A stretch of DNA of 64,000 nt from an uncultured Acidobacteriota bacterium (GTDB lineage Bacteria > Acidobacteriota > UBA6911), in assembly GCA_963843575.1 (NCBI GenBank), contig CAWJKZ010000014.1:224001-288000 (forward strand), in the 5' to 3' direction. The notes beneath the pieces are model-generated. The model did no database searches. It was given only the letters and a program-made list of their open reading frames with translations, and was not told the DNA's origin. The translations under genes and the position numbers were made by a program. Positions 31,301-41,616 of the stretch are shown one piece after another. The stretch's first letter is position 1. Every line of letters starts with the position of its first letter.

Positions 31301-31775
31301 CCTGCAACGCGGCGTCGAATTGCTTCATCAGGAGCTTCTGCGGTACGCCCCCTTTGAGACAGGCGGACAATGCCAGAAGCCCCTTGCTGTGCTGGGAGAG
31401 CAGGTCCTTGTCGATGCGCGGCTTGTAGTAGAACCCCTCCAGGTAACCGTAGGAGACCAGCTTGCTCAGGTTGCGGTAACCGGTCTGGTCCTCGGCCAGC
31501 AGCACGAGGTGGTTGGACTGATCGCCGCCGCCGCTCTTCTTGTGACGACTCTCCTTGGCCACGTAGATTTCGCAACCGATGATGGGCTTGAGCCCCTTCT
31601 TCCGGGCGATGCTGTAGAACTGAACGGCGCCAAAGAGGTTGCCGTGGTCGGTGATCGCCATGGAGGGCATTCCCATGGAAAGGGCCTTATCGACCAGGAG
31701 GTCCACCTTGGAGGCGCCATCGAGCAGGCTGTAGTCGGAGTGGTTATGCAGGTGTATGAAATTCGCGTCAGGCAA
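28313..31775 (-). CDS. dnaE: DNA polymerase III alpha subunit (single frameshift near 30670)
   Basis: PHP domain HLHNHSDYSLLDG in the 5' ORF; removing one base restores VGPGRGSVVGSLVAY; then PDIDMDF, GLLKMDFL, YGFNKSH. Confidence 0.96.
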
Positions 31776-31778
31776 TGC

Positions 31779-33315
31779 TCACTCCCATTCGATGGTGCCA
31801 GGGGGTTTGGATGTGATGTCATAGACCACACGGTTGATGCCGCGCACTTCGTTGACGATGCGGTTCGAAATGCGTTCCAGGACCGGCAGTGGGATCCTGG
31901 CCCAATCGGCGGTCATGCCGTCGAGGCTGGTGACGGCGCGCAGTGCGGCCACGTTTTCGTAGGTGCGGTCGTCTCCCATGACCCCGACGCTTCGGACCGG
32001 TAGCAGCACCACGAACCACTGCCAGAGCTCCCGGGTCAGCCCCGCGCTGTCTATCTCCTGCTGCACGATCGCGTCGGCCTCCCGCAACAGGGCCAGACGT
32101 TCCTCCGATACGTTACCGAGTATCCTGACTGCGAGCCCGGGCCCGGGGAAGGGCTGGCGATGGACGAAGCTCGCCTCCAGGCCCAGTTCCTCCCCGACTC
32201 TGCGGACCTCGTCCTTGAAAAGCTCCCGCAACGGTTCCACGAGTGCGAGACGCATGTCCGCGGGCAGGCCGCCCACGTTGTGATGCGTCTTGATCACGGC
32301 CGACGGTCCCCGCACCGACATGGACTCGATGACGTCCGGGTAGAGGGTACCCTGCACGAGGAACTGCACTTCGCCTAGCTCGCGCGCGTGCTCCTCGAAG
32401 ACGCGGATGAACTCCTCACCTATGATCCGGCGCTTCTGCTCCGGGTCCTCGACCCCTTCCAGACGTCTCAGAAAGCGCCGCCTGGCGTCGACCCCGATCA
32501 CCTTGAGGTGCCGGCGCTCGCGGAAATTGGCGAGCACCGATTCGTACTCGTTCTTGCGCAGCAGGCCGTTGTCGACAAAGATGCAGCTGAGGCGCTCGCC
32601 GATGGCCCGGTGCACCAGGAGTGCCGCCACCGACGAATCCACCCCACCGCTCAGGGCACAGAGCGCCCGGCCCCCGCCCACGCGCTCGGCTATTTCCTTG
32701 ACCGACGATTCGACGAATGCGGCCATCGTCCAGTCGCGGCTGCAGCCGCAGGACCGCGTCAGGAATCGCTCGAGGATTTCGCTGCCGTGCTGAGTGTGCA
32801 CGACCTCGGGATGAAACTGCAGTCCCCAGATACGCTTCTCGACATGCGCCGCCGCCGAGATAATGTCGCCGGAGCGGGCAAGGACGCGGAATCCAGGGGG
32901 CAGGTTCGAGACGCGGTCGCCGTGGCTCATCCAGGTGCGGAACGTGGCAGGCAGGCCCTCGAAGATGCCGTCCGCCTCGATCACCTCGATGACCGCCTTC
33001 CCGAACTCGCGCTGGTTGCCGGGGACCACGGTGCCTCCGCAGCTCTGGCATATCAGCTGCAACCCGTAGCAGATGCCCAGAACGGGAATGCCGCTGGCCA
33101 GCACCTCCGGGGCGAGACGCGGGCTGCCTTCGCGGCAAACCGAATCCGGGACCGCCGGAAAGGATGATGCCGCGCGGACGCAACACGTCGATGCGCTCGG
33201 CCGCCTGGGAAAACGGTGCAATCTCGCAGTACACCGAAAGTTCCCGGACACGCCGGGCGATCAACTGGGTATACTGGGAACCGAAATCTAGGATGAGGAC
33301 GGTTTCGCGGTGAAT
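31779..33315 (-). CDS. guaA: GMP synthase, glutamine-hydrolysing (frameshift near 33150; start uncertain)
   Basis: [15 protein letters not shown]...ILSGGP in one frame, then [28 protein letters not shown]. Confidence 0.96.
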
Positions 33316-33462
33316 GGTGTGCTCCCGGTTTTTGGAAAGTTCGAAGCGGCACCCATACAATAGCCGACCCCCTTCAAGTTTTCAACAGAATGGACCACCG
33401 GAACCGGCAGCGGTCGTAATCTGACCCCTGCGGCGCGGCCGGCTGCGCTCTTATTTCGGGCT

Positions 33463-34461
33463 ATGGGAAGTATCACATTTTCCGCACCTTGGCTACTCTC
33501 GGCGGCAGTGCTGCCCGTGATTCTCTCCGCGTCGCACGTTTTTCGCCGCACCCGGCCTCCTAGCGTCGGCTGCCCCGCGGTGGCGTGGCTGCCCGGCCGC
33601 GGCGGGCAGGGAACCGCGGCAGCGGTCCTCGTCCCGCAGCTGCGCTATCTGGCGATGTTCGCGCTCGTGCCGCTGCTGGCCGGCATGGAGGTGGCGGGCC
33701 CGAGGAGTGCACCCGCAGCGCCCGTTGGGGTGGCGCTCGTGGTGGATACATCGAGCTCCATGACCGCCGAAGACTTCCGCCCCGCGGGCCGGCTGGAGGC
33801 GGCCAAAGACAAACTCGCAGACTTCGTGCGCTCAAATCCCAAGCTGGAGATAGGCCTGGTCACTTTTTCAGGTACGTCGAGGCTGGTCGCGCCCATAACA
33901 GCGGACCACGGCGCGCTTTTGCAGGCGATGTCCCGGATCAGTCCGGCAACTTACGGGGAAGACGGGACGGCGATAGGCAGCGGGCTTGGAAGCGCGCTGA
34001 ACCGTCTGCGCGGCGGGCCCTGGGCCGCGCGCCGGATCGTACTCATCACAGACGGCGTGAGCAACCGGGGGGCCGTCGCTCCGGGCGACGCCGCGGAGAT
34101 GGCCAGGATCCTCGGGGTCGTGATCGACGCCGTCGGGATGGGGACCGACGCGCCTACCCGGCTTCGGGTCCCGGGCGCGGAAGGAGAACAACTGCAACTG
34201 CAGGCGCGCATTGACATCGACGACGAGGCACTCGACAGGATCAGCCAGAGAACCGGTGGGGAATACCGCCGGGTCCGCTCCTCCGAGGAACTGGGCCGGG
34301 CACTCGAGGCTGTGGCGGCGCGCACCGCGGCACCCGAGGCGTCGATCCAGCCCGGTCCGGACGCTTTCTGGCCGAGACTGCTGGCCCTCACCGCCGCGGG
34401 GCTGCTCCTGCTCGAGTATGCGCTGCAGCGTTTTGTATTGACCGAACTGCCTGGTGGATAA
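33463..34461 (+). CDS. VWA-domain membrane protein (BatA-like)
   Basis: N-terminal F..PW motif with TM segments; MIDAS DTSSSM, GTAIG, LITDG; TGGEYRR; C-terminal TM. Confidence 0.85.
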   Translation: MGSITFSAPWLLSAAVLPVILSASHVFRRTRPPSVGCPAVAWLPGRGGQGTAAAVLVPQLRYLAMFALVPLLAGMEVAGPRSAPAAPVGVALVVDTSSSMTAEDFRPAGRLEAAKDKLADFVRSNPKLEIGLVTFSGTSRLVAPITADHGALLQAMSRISPATYGEDGTAIGSGLGSALNRLRGGPWAARRIVLITDGVSNRGAVAPGDAAEMARILGVVIDAVGMGTDAPTRLRVPGAEGEQLQLQARIDIDDEALDRISQRTGGEYRRVRSSEELGRALEAVAARTAAPEASIQPGPDAFWPRLLALTAAGLLLLEYALQRFVLTELPGG

Positions 34462-34464
34462 ACT

Positions 34465-35310
34465 ATGCCGGCCTCCCACGGACTTATAATCGCTGGAGTC
34501 GTAGCGGCGCTCTCCTGCGCGACGGTGGCAGCCGAGGTCCTGCGTTCCCATCGGGAGAAGCTCTTGGGAGATCCGCACCTGCTCGGGATCGCCGAGGGCT
34601 GGAGAGTGAAGGCGGCGAGGGCGTCGCTGTTTGTCGCGGCTGTTGGCGCCGTTTCGATGATTGTGGTCATGCGCGGCGAAGCGCCGGGAACCGGGCTGCC
34701 CGTGCCCGAGCTGGCCTTTTTGATCGATGCGGGGAAGGGAGACCCGCTCGCCGTGGCGCGCGGCGCGGCGACCGACGCCATACGCGCCCTGGCAGCGCAA
34801 TTCCCGGGCGCCAGAGTTGCGGTCTTCCGTTCGACCGAGCCGCTGCAGGAGCTTGCACCCGCGACCCTCGACCTGGAAGGGGCCCTCATCCTGGTCGACC
34901 GCGTCGTCGACGATGAGGCCGCCGGGACATCCCTGGCCGGGCCTGCCGGGGCTCTGCTCGAATCCGGGGACGCTCGACGATCCCTGGTCGTCGTAACCAG
35001 GCAGACGAAGTCGGATATCGAGAGGCTGTTTGCCCGCGAGGGCCTGTCCCCCGCGCTTGCCGTGTGTGTCGGCGAAGACGGCCGCGGTGACTTCGGCGCC
35101 CAAACGACGGGCGGTCGATGGGTGTGGGCCTCGGAACCCGGCCGTCCGGCGTCGCTCGTCCGGGAGACGAACCGGACGAGCACGGGATTGAGCGCGGGAT
35201 TCGGGGGCTTCGACCCGGTACAGTTGCTCGCCGCCTTCGCCCTCCTGCTGCTGGCCGCCGAACGACTGTTGCACTGGAGGCACGGCTACCGGCGGGGGGA
35301 TGCGCAGTGA
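34465..35310 (+). CDS. Degenerate VWA-like membrane protein (BatB-like)
   Basis: Same TM-VWA-TM layout; MIDAS position reads DAGKG; ends LLLLAAERLL. Confidence 0.6.
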   Translation: MPASHGLIIAGVVAALSCATVAAEVLRSHREKLLGDPHLLGIAEGWRVKAARASLFVAAVGAVSMIVVMRGEAPGTGLPVPELAFLIDAGKGDPLAVARGAATDAIRALAAQFPGARVAVFRSTEPLQELAPATLDLEGALILVDRVVDDEAAGTSLAGPAGALLESGDARRSLVVVTRQTKSDIERLFAREGLSPALAVCVGEDGRGDFGAQTTGGRWVWASEPGRPASLVRETNRTSTGLSAGFGGFDPVQLLAAFALLLLAAERLLHWRHGYRRGDAQ

Positions 35311-36608
35311 AGAACATAGTCGCGCTACTGCTCTTCGCCTGGTTGTCCGCCCGTGCCGCGGCGGCCGACCGGGTAGAGACCAGGGTTGCCCCGGACATGA
35401 GCATCGTGACCGAAACCGCGTTGGCTTCGCCCTTCGTGGGCCAGCAGGTCGCGATCGCCTATCGGCTCAGGGTAGTGGAGCCCCCCGCTGCGGTGGACGT
35501 CGACCCGCAGCAGTTCGCCGGCTTCTGGGTTGAGCCGGCGCCGCTCAGCGATTCCGGGCGCATGCGCGCATCCGACGGGAGGTTCGCAGAATACACACTG
35601 CGGCAGGTGGTCGTCTTCCCCCTGTATGCCGGGGAGGCCTGGATTCCCCCACTGCGGGTCAAGATCCGGCGGTCCCTTTCCGCCGCCGACGCCGGCAAAT
35701 GGGACGTAATTGGCGTATCGGACGCCGTCCGCCTCGACGTGCGGGGCGTGCCTGGTAGCCGAGAGAGAGTTCCCCTGGTCGGTACCGTTTCGGGCAGGAT
35801 GTTCGAGGAGAGCCGCGGCGGTGGCAGCACGCTATTTCTAGAGCTCACGGGCACGGCCCTGCTCGCACTTTTCGACCCGGCTGCGTGGTCGGTCGAAATG
35901 CCGGAGAAACGGGTAAGGGCACAGCAGGTCGATTACGACAGCATGGTCCTGCCGGGCGACCTGAAGGGAGGAGGACTGCCGTCACTGGTGCTGCGGCGAC
36001 GGTGGGAAATCCGGAGCGCGGGTGCGACGGCCTTCTCGGCACTCACGTTCCCCGTGTTCCAACCGGAGTCGGGGGAACTCAAGGTCGTGCGCATCCCTCA
36101 CCCGGTGCAGAGCGCTGCCCCTGCGACGGGGCAGGCCGGCATGCCGGTCGGGGCGGGCGTTCAAACTGAAGGGACGCGCTCCAGGCCGACGCCGGTCCTC
36201 TGGTTCCTTGCGGCTGCCGCCGCCGCCGCGGCGTGGCTTCTTCTGCGCCGCATCCGGCAGGGGGCGCATCCCGCCCTGCGACAGGCGGTCCGCGGCCTGC
36301 GCAGCCTGCTGGACGGCGAGGAGAAGATGCTGACCGCCCCTCACCCGTACTTCGAAGCCGCCCACCGCGTCCTGCAGCACTGCAGGGGAGCGCTGTCGGA
36401 AAACGCCGCCGCGCGCCGGAAGCTCGAGGTGTGCCGCGCGCTGGTCGAACGGTGGCGGTTCAGCCCGACTGCCCCGCCCCCGGAGGCGAGACGGGAAGTC
36501 ACGCGTTTCTTCGGGGACTTGCTGTTCGAATGCGAGACATCGGCCCGGAGGTCTGTCGCGGAATATAGTCCCACTCCTTCTCAAGCCAAACCGCACATGC
36601 TAGAGTGA
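35307..36608 (+). CDS. BatD-like exported protein with C-terminal TM
   Basis: GTGA overlap; signal peptide; PFVGQQV..YRL, P.F.GFW, VFPLYAGE, FPVFQP (YFDP-like). Confidence 0.65.
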   Translation: MKNIVALLLFAWLSARAAAADRVETRVAPDMSIVTETALASPFVGQQVAIAYRLRVVEPPAAVDVDPQQFAGFWVEPAPLSDSGRMRASDGRFAEYTLRQVVVFPLYAGEAWIPPLRVKIRRSLSAADAGKWDVIGVSDAVRLDVRGVPGSRERVPLVGTVSGRMFEESRGGGSTLFLELTGTALLALFDPAAWSVEMPEKRVRAQQVDYDSMVLPGDLKGGGLPSLVLRRRWEIRSAGATAFSALTFPVFQPESGELKVVRIPHPVQSAAPATGQAGMPVGAGVQTEGTRSRPTPVLWFLAAAAAAAAWLLLRRIRQGAHPALRQAVRGLRSLLDGEEKMLTAPHPYFEAAHRVLQHCRGALSENAAARRKLEVCRALVERWRFSPTAPPPEARREVTRFFGDLLFECETSARRSVAEYSPTPSQAKPHMLE

Positions 36609-36731
36609 TGGCCGTCCAGTCGCTTGGATAGGTTGTCGGACGGGACTTCGGCCTTTCGCGGGCGTGGGTGACGGGTGTGGAGCGCAAGGTGCGCGTCCCG
36701 CCTGACGGTTGCTGGGTTGACTGGGGGGAGA

Positions 36732-37571
36732 ATGGAGATCCTTGCGGCGGGGATTCTCGGGTTGGTTCAGGGTCTTACTGAATTCCTGCCGGTCAGCAGC
36801 TCGGCACACCTGATCCTGGTGCCCTGGATTTTCGGTTGGGAACCGAACGGGTTGATCTTTGACGTGTCACTGCACGTTGGGACCGCGATCGCCGTTCTGG
36901 CCTTTTTCTGGAAGGATTGGCTGGTTCTGGCCCGGGAGGGGATCACCGGGGTGTTACAGGGCCGGCCGTTCGCAGGTACCGAGCGGAGGCTGGCGTGGTT
37001 CCTGTTGGTCGGCACCATCCCGGCGATGCTGGTGGGCCTCGCCTTCGAGCACACGGTCGAGGACGCGTTTCGCTCCCCGATCGTTACGGTGGTGACTCTG
37101 GTCGTTTTCGGCCTGCTGCTCTTTGTCGCTGACCGCAGAGGGCGCCAGAACCGGACGCTGGCGCAGTTGACCCTGACCGACACGATCCTGATCGGGGTCG
37201 GTCAGGCACTTGCGTTGATCCCGGGCGTTTCGAGGAGCGGGATCACGATCAGCGCGGCAATGCTGAGGGACATGGACCGACCGTCGGCCGCTCGCTTCTC
37301 GTTTCTTCTGGCCACCCCTGTTGTCGTCGGCGCCGGGTTGCTGGAAGGCTGGCACTTCCTCAAGGCGGTCCGCCAGCCGGTCGGCGGACCCGAGGCACTT
37401 TCCGGGACGGGCTGGTTGGTGCTGGCGGTGGGAGTGGCGACCGCGGCGGTGACGGGGTTCCTGTGCATACGCTACTTCCTGCGCTACCTGCAGTCGAACA
37501 CCTTCACTCCGTTTGTCGTCTATCGTATCGCGCTGGCCGGGATCGTCCTGGTCATGTACCTGCGGGTGTGA
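36732..37571 (+). CDS. uppP: Undecaprenyl-diphosphatase
   Basis: GLVQGLTEFLPVSSSAH, ALIPGVSRSGIT, AARFSFLL. Confidence 0.96.
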   Translation: MEILAAGILGLVQGLTEFLPVSSSAHLILVPWIFGWEPNGLIFDVSLHVGTAIAVLAFFWKDWLVLAREGITGVLQGRPFAGTERRLAWFLLVGTIPAMLVGLAFEHTVEDAFRSPIVTVVTLVVFGLLLFVADRRGRQNRTLAQLTLTDTILIGVGQALALIPGVSRSGITISAAMLRDMDRPSAARFSFLLATPVVVGAGLLEGWHFLKAVRQPVGGPEALSGTGWLVLAVGVATAAVTGFLCIRYFLRYLQSNTFTPFVVYRIALAGIVLVMYLRV

Positions 37572-37593
37572 GGCCCGTCGCGTCAGGTAGGGC

Positions 37594-38937
37594 TCACGGC
37601 TTCGGTTTTTTCCTGCCCTCGATCTCCTTCAGGATTTCCTGGATGCGCCGTTCCATCCCCTGATCCGTAGGGTGGTAATAGCGCCGGTGCCTGAGGGACT
37701 CGGGGAGGCAGTCCATGTCGGCCACTTTCCCCTCGACGTCGTGTGCGTACTGGTAGTCGCGTCCGTACCCGAGCTCCTTCATGAGCCGCGTGGGAGCGTT
37801 TCGGATGTGCAGGGGGGGCGGCTCGTTGAACGTCTGCTGGACGTCCGATTCGACCTCGCCGTAGGCGGTATACAGCGCATTCGATTTTGGGGCGACCGAG
37901 AGGTACACCGCAGCCTGCGCAAGCGCCAGCTTGCACTCCGGAAGGCCAACCAGGCGCACCGCTTCCGTGGCGTTCAGCGCCACGGTCAAGGCGCGGACGT
38001 CGGCCATTCCCACGTCCTCCGAAGCAAACCGTACCATGCGGCGCGCGATGTAGACGGGGTCCTCCCCCCCCTCGAGCATGCGCCCCAGCCAGTACAGCGC
38101 GGCGTCAGGATCGCTGTTGCGCATCGATTTGTGCAGCGCGGAAATGAGGTTGTAGTGTTCCTCGCCGGTCTTGTCGTACTGCGGGAGTTTGCGTTGCAGC
38201 GCCGCTTCCAGGTCGTCCGGGGTGAGGGTCGGTTCGGCGGTCCCGGCGCGGTTGCGAGCCAGCGAGACGGCGATTTCGAGGGTGTTGAGCGCGACGCGGG
38301 CGTCGCCATTGGCGAAAACGGCGAGACGGCCGAGCACGCCCTGCGCGACCGCGATGCGGGTCCTGCCGAGCCCCCGGTCCGCGTCCTCGAGCGCCTGGGC
38401 GACGATGCGCTCAACCTCGTCGGGGGTCAGCGGGTTCAGGACATAAACTTTCGCTCGCGACAGCAGCGCACCGATGACCTCGAACGAGGGGTTTTCGGTG
38501 GTGGCGCCAATCAGAACGACGACCCCGGACTCGACATAGGGGAGGAAAGCGTCCTGCTGGGCCTTGTTGAAGCGGTGGATCTCGTCGACAAAAACCACGG
38601 TCTTGGTGCCCGAGGTGCGGTAGCGGCGCTCCGCCTCCGCCATCACCGACTTGATCTCCTTTATCCCCGAAAGGACGGCGCTGTAGGAGACGAAAGGGGA
38701 GCGCGTCTCTCTGGCGACGATGCGCGCGAGCGTGGTCTTCCCGGTTCCTGGCGGGCCCCACAGAATGATGGACATCAGCTGGTCCCGCCGGATCATCTCC
38801 CGGAGCACTTGCCCGGCACCCACGAGGTGAGCCTGCCCGACAAGCTCATCGAGGGTGCGCGGCCGCATGCGTTCGGCAAGGGGGGCTTCGAACGGATCCG
38901 GCCGGCCGGGGGGGTCGGGGAACAGCGGTCTGCTCAT
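37594..38937 (-). CDS. rarA: Replication-associated recombination protein A
   Basis: PLAERMRP, WGPPGTGKTT, DEIHRFNKAQQD, HYNLISALHKS, PLHIRNAPT. Confidence 0.96.
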   Translation of the reverse strand: MSRPLFPDPPGRPDPFEAPLAERMRPRTLDELVGQAHLVGAGQVLREMIRRDQLMSIILWGPPGTGKTTLARIVARETRSPFVSYSAVLSGIKEIKSVMAEAERRYRTSGTKTVVFVDEIHRFNKAQQDAFLPYVESGVVVLIGATTENPSFEVIGALLSRAKVYVLNPLTPDEVERIVAQALEDADRGLGRTRIAVAQGVLGRLAVFANGDARVALNTLEIAVSLARNRAGTAEPTLTPDDLEAALQRKLPQYDKTGEEHYNLISALHKSMRNSDPDAALYWLGRMLEGGEDPVYIARRMVRFASEDVGMADVRALTVALNATEAVRLVGLPECKLALAQAAVYLSVAPKSNALYTAYGEVESDVQQTFNEPPPLHIRNAPTRLMKELGYGRDYQYAHDVEGKVADMDCLPESLRHRRYYHPTDQGMERRIQEILKEIEGRKKPKP

Positions 38938-39773
38938 GGTTCATGCTCCTCAACCACGGGGTGACGGTCGGCCTGGACACGATGACGGCGGACTTCGAAT
39001 GCGATGACCGCTCCCGCCGCCGCGACATTCAGGGATTCCACCCCCGACGCCATGGGGATGCGGATGGCCGGTAGGTTCGACCAATCCTGGTTGCCGAATC
39101 CCTGCCCCTCGTTGCCGAGCAGTATCCCGGTCGCTTCCGGGAAGCGCAGCCTGGTGATATCCTCACCTTCCGACGCGGAGGCTCGGTACAATCCGACGCC
39201 GCTCTCGGCGCTACGCTCGAGCAGTTCCGGAGGCGGAACCCGCTCCACAACGGCTATCCGGAAAAAAGCGCCCGCGCTCGCCCGGATGGTCTTGGGGTTG
39301 CGCGCCGACACCGTCCCCGGCGTGGCGCAGACAAACGAACATCCCGCGGCGGCGGCTGTGCGGATGAGGGAACCGAGGTTGCCCGGGTCCTGGATTTCGC
39401 AGGCGCACAGGAAGAAGGGTTTCGTGCTGCGCATGACCGCCGCGAGGCCCAGCACGGGAATCCGCACCAGCGCCACCGCCCCTTGCGGTGCCACGACGCC
39501 GGAGACACCTTGATAAAGCCTGTCGCCGGCGCGGTAGATCCGCACGCCGGCCGATGCGCAGGAATCGAGCAGCGTGCGCTCTCGCGCGTTTGCACCGAAA
39601 CTCTCGGAGACGAGAAGGGCCTCCACCGGGCAGAGGTTGCGCATCGCCTCCTCGACGAGACGCACCCCTTCGGCCACGACGAGTTCTTCCGGCACGCGGC
39701 GGGATTGGGCCGAGGCGAGCCGTATCGTTTTGAGCACGGGATTGTCCCGGCTGGTGATGAACCGCACGCCCAT
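38934..39773 (-). CDS. TrmH/SpoU-family RNA methyltransferase
   Basis: ITSRDNP, QDPGNLGSLIRTA, LGNEGQG, IPM..GVESLNVAAA. Confidence 0.92.
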   Translation of the reverse strand: MGVRFITSRDNPVLKTIRLASAQSRRVPEELVVAEGVRLVEEAMRNLCPVEALLVSESFGANARERTLLDSCASAGVRIYRAGDRLYQGVSGVVAPQGAVALVRIPVLGLAAVMRSTKPFFLCACEIQDPGNLGSLIRTAAAAGCSFVCATPGTVSARNPKTIRASAGAFFRIAVVERVPPPELLERSAESGVGLYRASASEGEDITRLRFPEATGILLGNEGQGFGNQDWSNLPAIRIPMASGVESLNVAAAGAVIAFEVRRHRVQADRHPVVEEHEP

Positions 39774-39776
39774 GGT

Positions 39777-40556
39777 TCACTGCCTGCCCGGGGCGATCGA
39801 AAACGCCCGGAGTTGTTCGACGCTCCCCAGCACCACGCGTTCAACCGGGAATGCCCCGGAATTGAGCAAGGCGTAGGCGAGTTCCCGCGCCGGCCCTTCT
39901 TCCCGGTCGGAATGGACCTTGTTCACGTATACGAGCAAGCGCATGCCGGGGCGCCAGTCCCGGCAAACCCCTTCGGGGTGAAGCAGGATCGACGCGGCCA
40001 GTTGTGGCGTCAGCAGCTCTCCCTCCCGCAAGGGGAGCCGGGCGGAGAGGATTTCCCAACGGAAGATCGCCTCCGGGCCGAGCAGGCGGCCGAGGCAGTC
40101 GGCTCCGATCACGGCGACGAGGCAATCACCGCCTTCCATGAGGACGGGCTCCCCGGGACGGGGAAACTTCAGCGACATGCTGCGGGCGCCATCGGCCTCA
40201 TTCAGGATGAGCGGGAAGTAGGCCCGCAGATCCCGCGCGAAGTCGGGCGGCACACCGCCGAGCAGGCCAGGCCCGACGGGCAGGCGAGTGGCCACCAGTC
40301 GGCTGTATCCCGGAGGGCAGAAACGCGCCGACCGGCCCAACATCGCCTTCAGCAGCGGCAGATCGTCGCAGGAGAGGACCGAGATGCCTCCCGCAGGATG
40401 TGGCGGGTGGATTCTCGTGGTCGTGGTGTACAGCACCGGCTGCGCCTGCCCCATTTCATCGACCAGCCGGAGGATCAGGCTGGTCTTGCCGCCGCCGCCG
40501 ACGAAGTTCACCAGGGTCGGGAGTTGGAATTCGAACTGTTCCGAGAACACAGGCAT
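39777..40556 (-). CDS. yqeC: YqeC-family selenium-dependent molybdenum hydroxylase accessory protein
   Basis: VGGGGKTS, TTTTRI, EADGAR..SLKFP..GEPVL, VNKV. Confidence 0.8.
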   Translation of the reverse strand: MPVFSEQFEFQLPTLVNFVGGGGKTSLILRLVDEMGQAQPVLYTTTTRIHPPHPAGGISVLSCDDLPLLKAMLGRSARFCPPGYSRLVATRLPVGPGLLGGVPPDFARDLRAYFPLILNEADGARSMSLKFPRPGEPVLMEGGDCLVAVIGADCLGRLLGPEAIFRWEILSARLPLREGELLTPQLAASILLHPEGVCRDWRPGMRLLVYVNKVHSDREEGPARELAYALLNSGAFPVERVVLGSVEQLRAFSIAPGRQ

Positions 40557-40635
40557 CCTTTCAGGATACGGTATTCCGACTGCAAGCGCAGTCGCTGCGC
40601 TTGCGGGAAACGCAACGACGGCTCGCCGACGGCGC

Positions 40636-41616
40636 CTAGGTGAAGTCGGTCTCCAGAACAGCCATTTGACGGACGTCGGCGCGGGTTCGATACAGCAGGT
40701 AGACGATCCCCCCGGGGATGGCCGACAGCACGATGACGGCGGACGACACGAGACCGAGCGCCAGGCACGCCTCGTGCTCCACCCCGATAGCCCCGAAAAG
40801 GCTGACGAACGCGTACTCGCGCAGGCCCATGCCGTTCAGACTCACCGGGACCATCGAAATCAGCGTGATGACGGGAACGAAAATCAGGAAGTACCTGAAG
40901 GGCACCGAGATGCGCAACCCCAAAGCCATGGTCGATGTCACGGTGATGACAAGCAACTGGTTGACCAGCGAGATCAGGAGCGCGCCGACGAGAACCCCCG
41001 GGTACCTGCGCATCGAAAGGAAGACGTTGAATACGGCATCGACTTTCCTGGCTGCGGCGCCCAGTTTTGCCCTCCGGAGTATTCCCGTAACGACGCCGTG
41101 CAGGCCAGGCGTGAAAATGGCCAGGTTCGCGCACGCGAAAGCAGCGCAGGCGCCCCAGATGATCAGGCGGGCGGGGATCCCGGGGATGGTCACGGATTGG
41201 GCCAGCGTCGCGGCACAGGCGATCAGCATCATCGCCAGCATCCCCGCGTCGCGGTCCAGAAAAGTCGTGGCGAAACTCTCGGCAAAGCGCCTGGAGGGTT
41301 TGCCGGCGTAATACACCTTCACTACGTCGCCGCCGATTACGGTTGGAAAGGCCAGGTTGAAAAAGAGACCCATACAGAAGATCCCGAAGAGCCGCGGCAC
41401 CGGGATAGAGGACATGACGGGACGCATCAGGAGTCGCCAGCGGAGCGTACAGATGAAGTGGGCGAACCAGAGCAGGAGCACTCCGAGCAAAAGCACGTCC
41501 CACCTTGCGTTGTGCAGCGTCGCGGCGAACTCCGCCAAGTCGAGCTTGCGGAAGAGAAGAAAGAACAAGGTGCCCGTGACAGCCGCCTTGAATGTCCCGG
41601 CCAGAATGGCTTTCAT
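40636..41616 (-). CDS. Lysylphosphatidylglycerol-synthase-TM / flippase-like membrane protein (YbhN/AglD2-like)
   Basis: LRWRLL, GLFFNLAFPTVIGGDVVK, FLDR, PVSLNGMGLRE; ATGA overlap with the upstream gene. Confidence 0.88.
   Translation of the reverse strand: MKAILAGTFKAAVTGTLFFLLFRKLDLAEFAATLHNARWDVLLLGVLLLWFAHFICTLRWRLLMRPVMSSIPVPRLFGIFCMGLFFNLAFPTVIGGDVVKVYYAGKPSRRFAESFATTFLDRDAGMLAMMLIACAATLAQSVTIPGIPARLIIWGACAAFACANLAIFTPGLHGVVTGILRRAKLGAAARKVDAVFNVFLSMRRYPGVLVGALLISLVNQLLVITVTSTMALGLRISVPFRYFLIFVPVITLISMVPVSLNGMGLREYAFVSLFGAIGVEHEACLALGLVSSAVIVLSAIPGGIVYLLYRTRADVRQMAVLETDFT

Noticed and set aside
28313-31775. dnaE split into two ORFs as a possible split intein or natural fission
   Set aside because: The break is inside the conserved GPGRGS motif and is repaired by deleting one base; there are no intein motifs and no intervening sequence.
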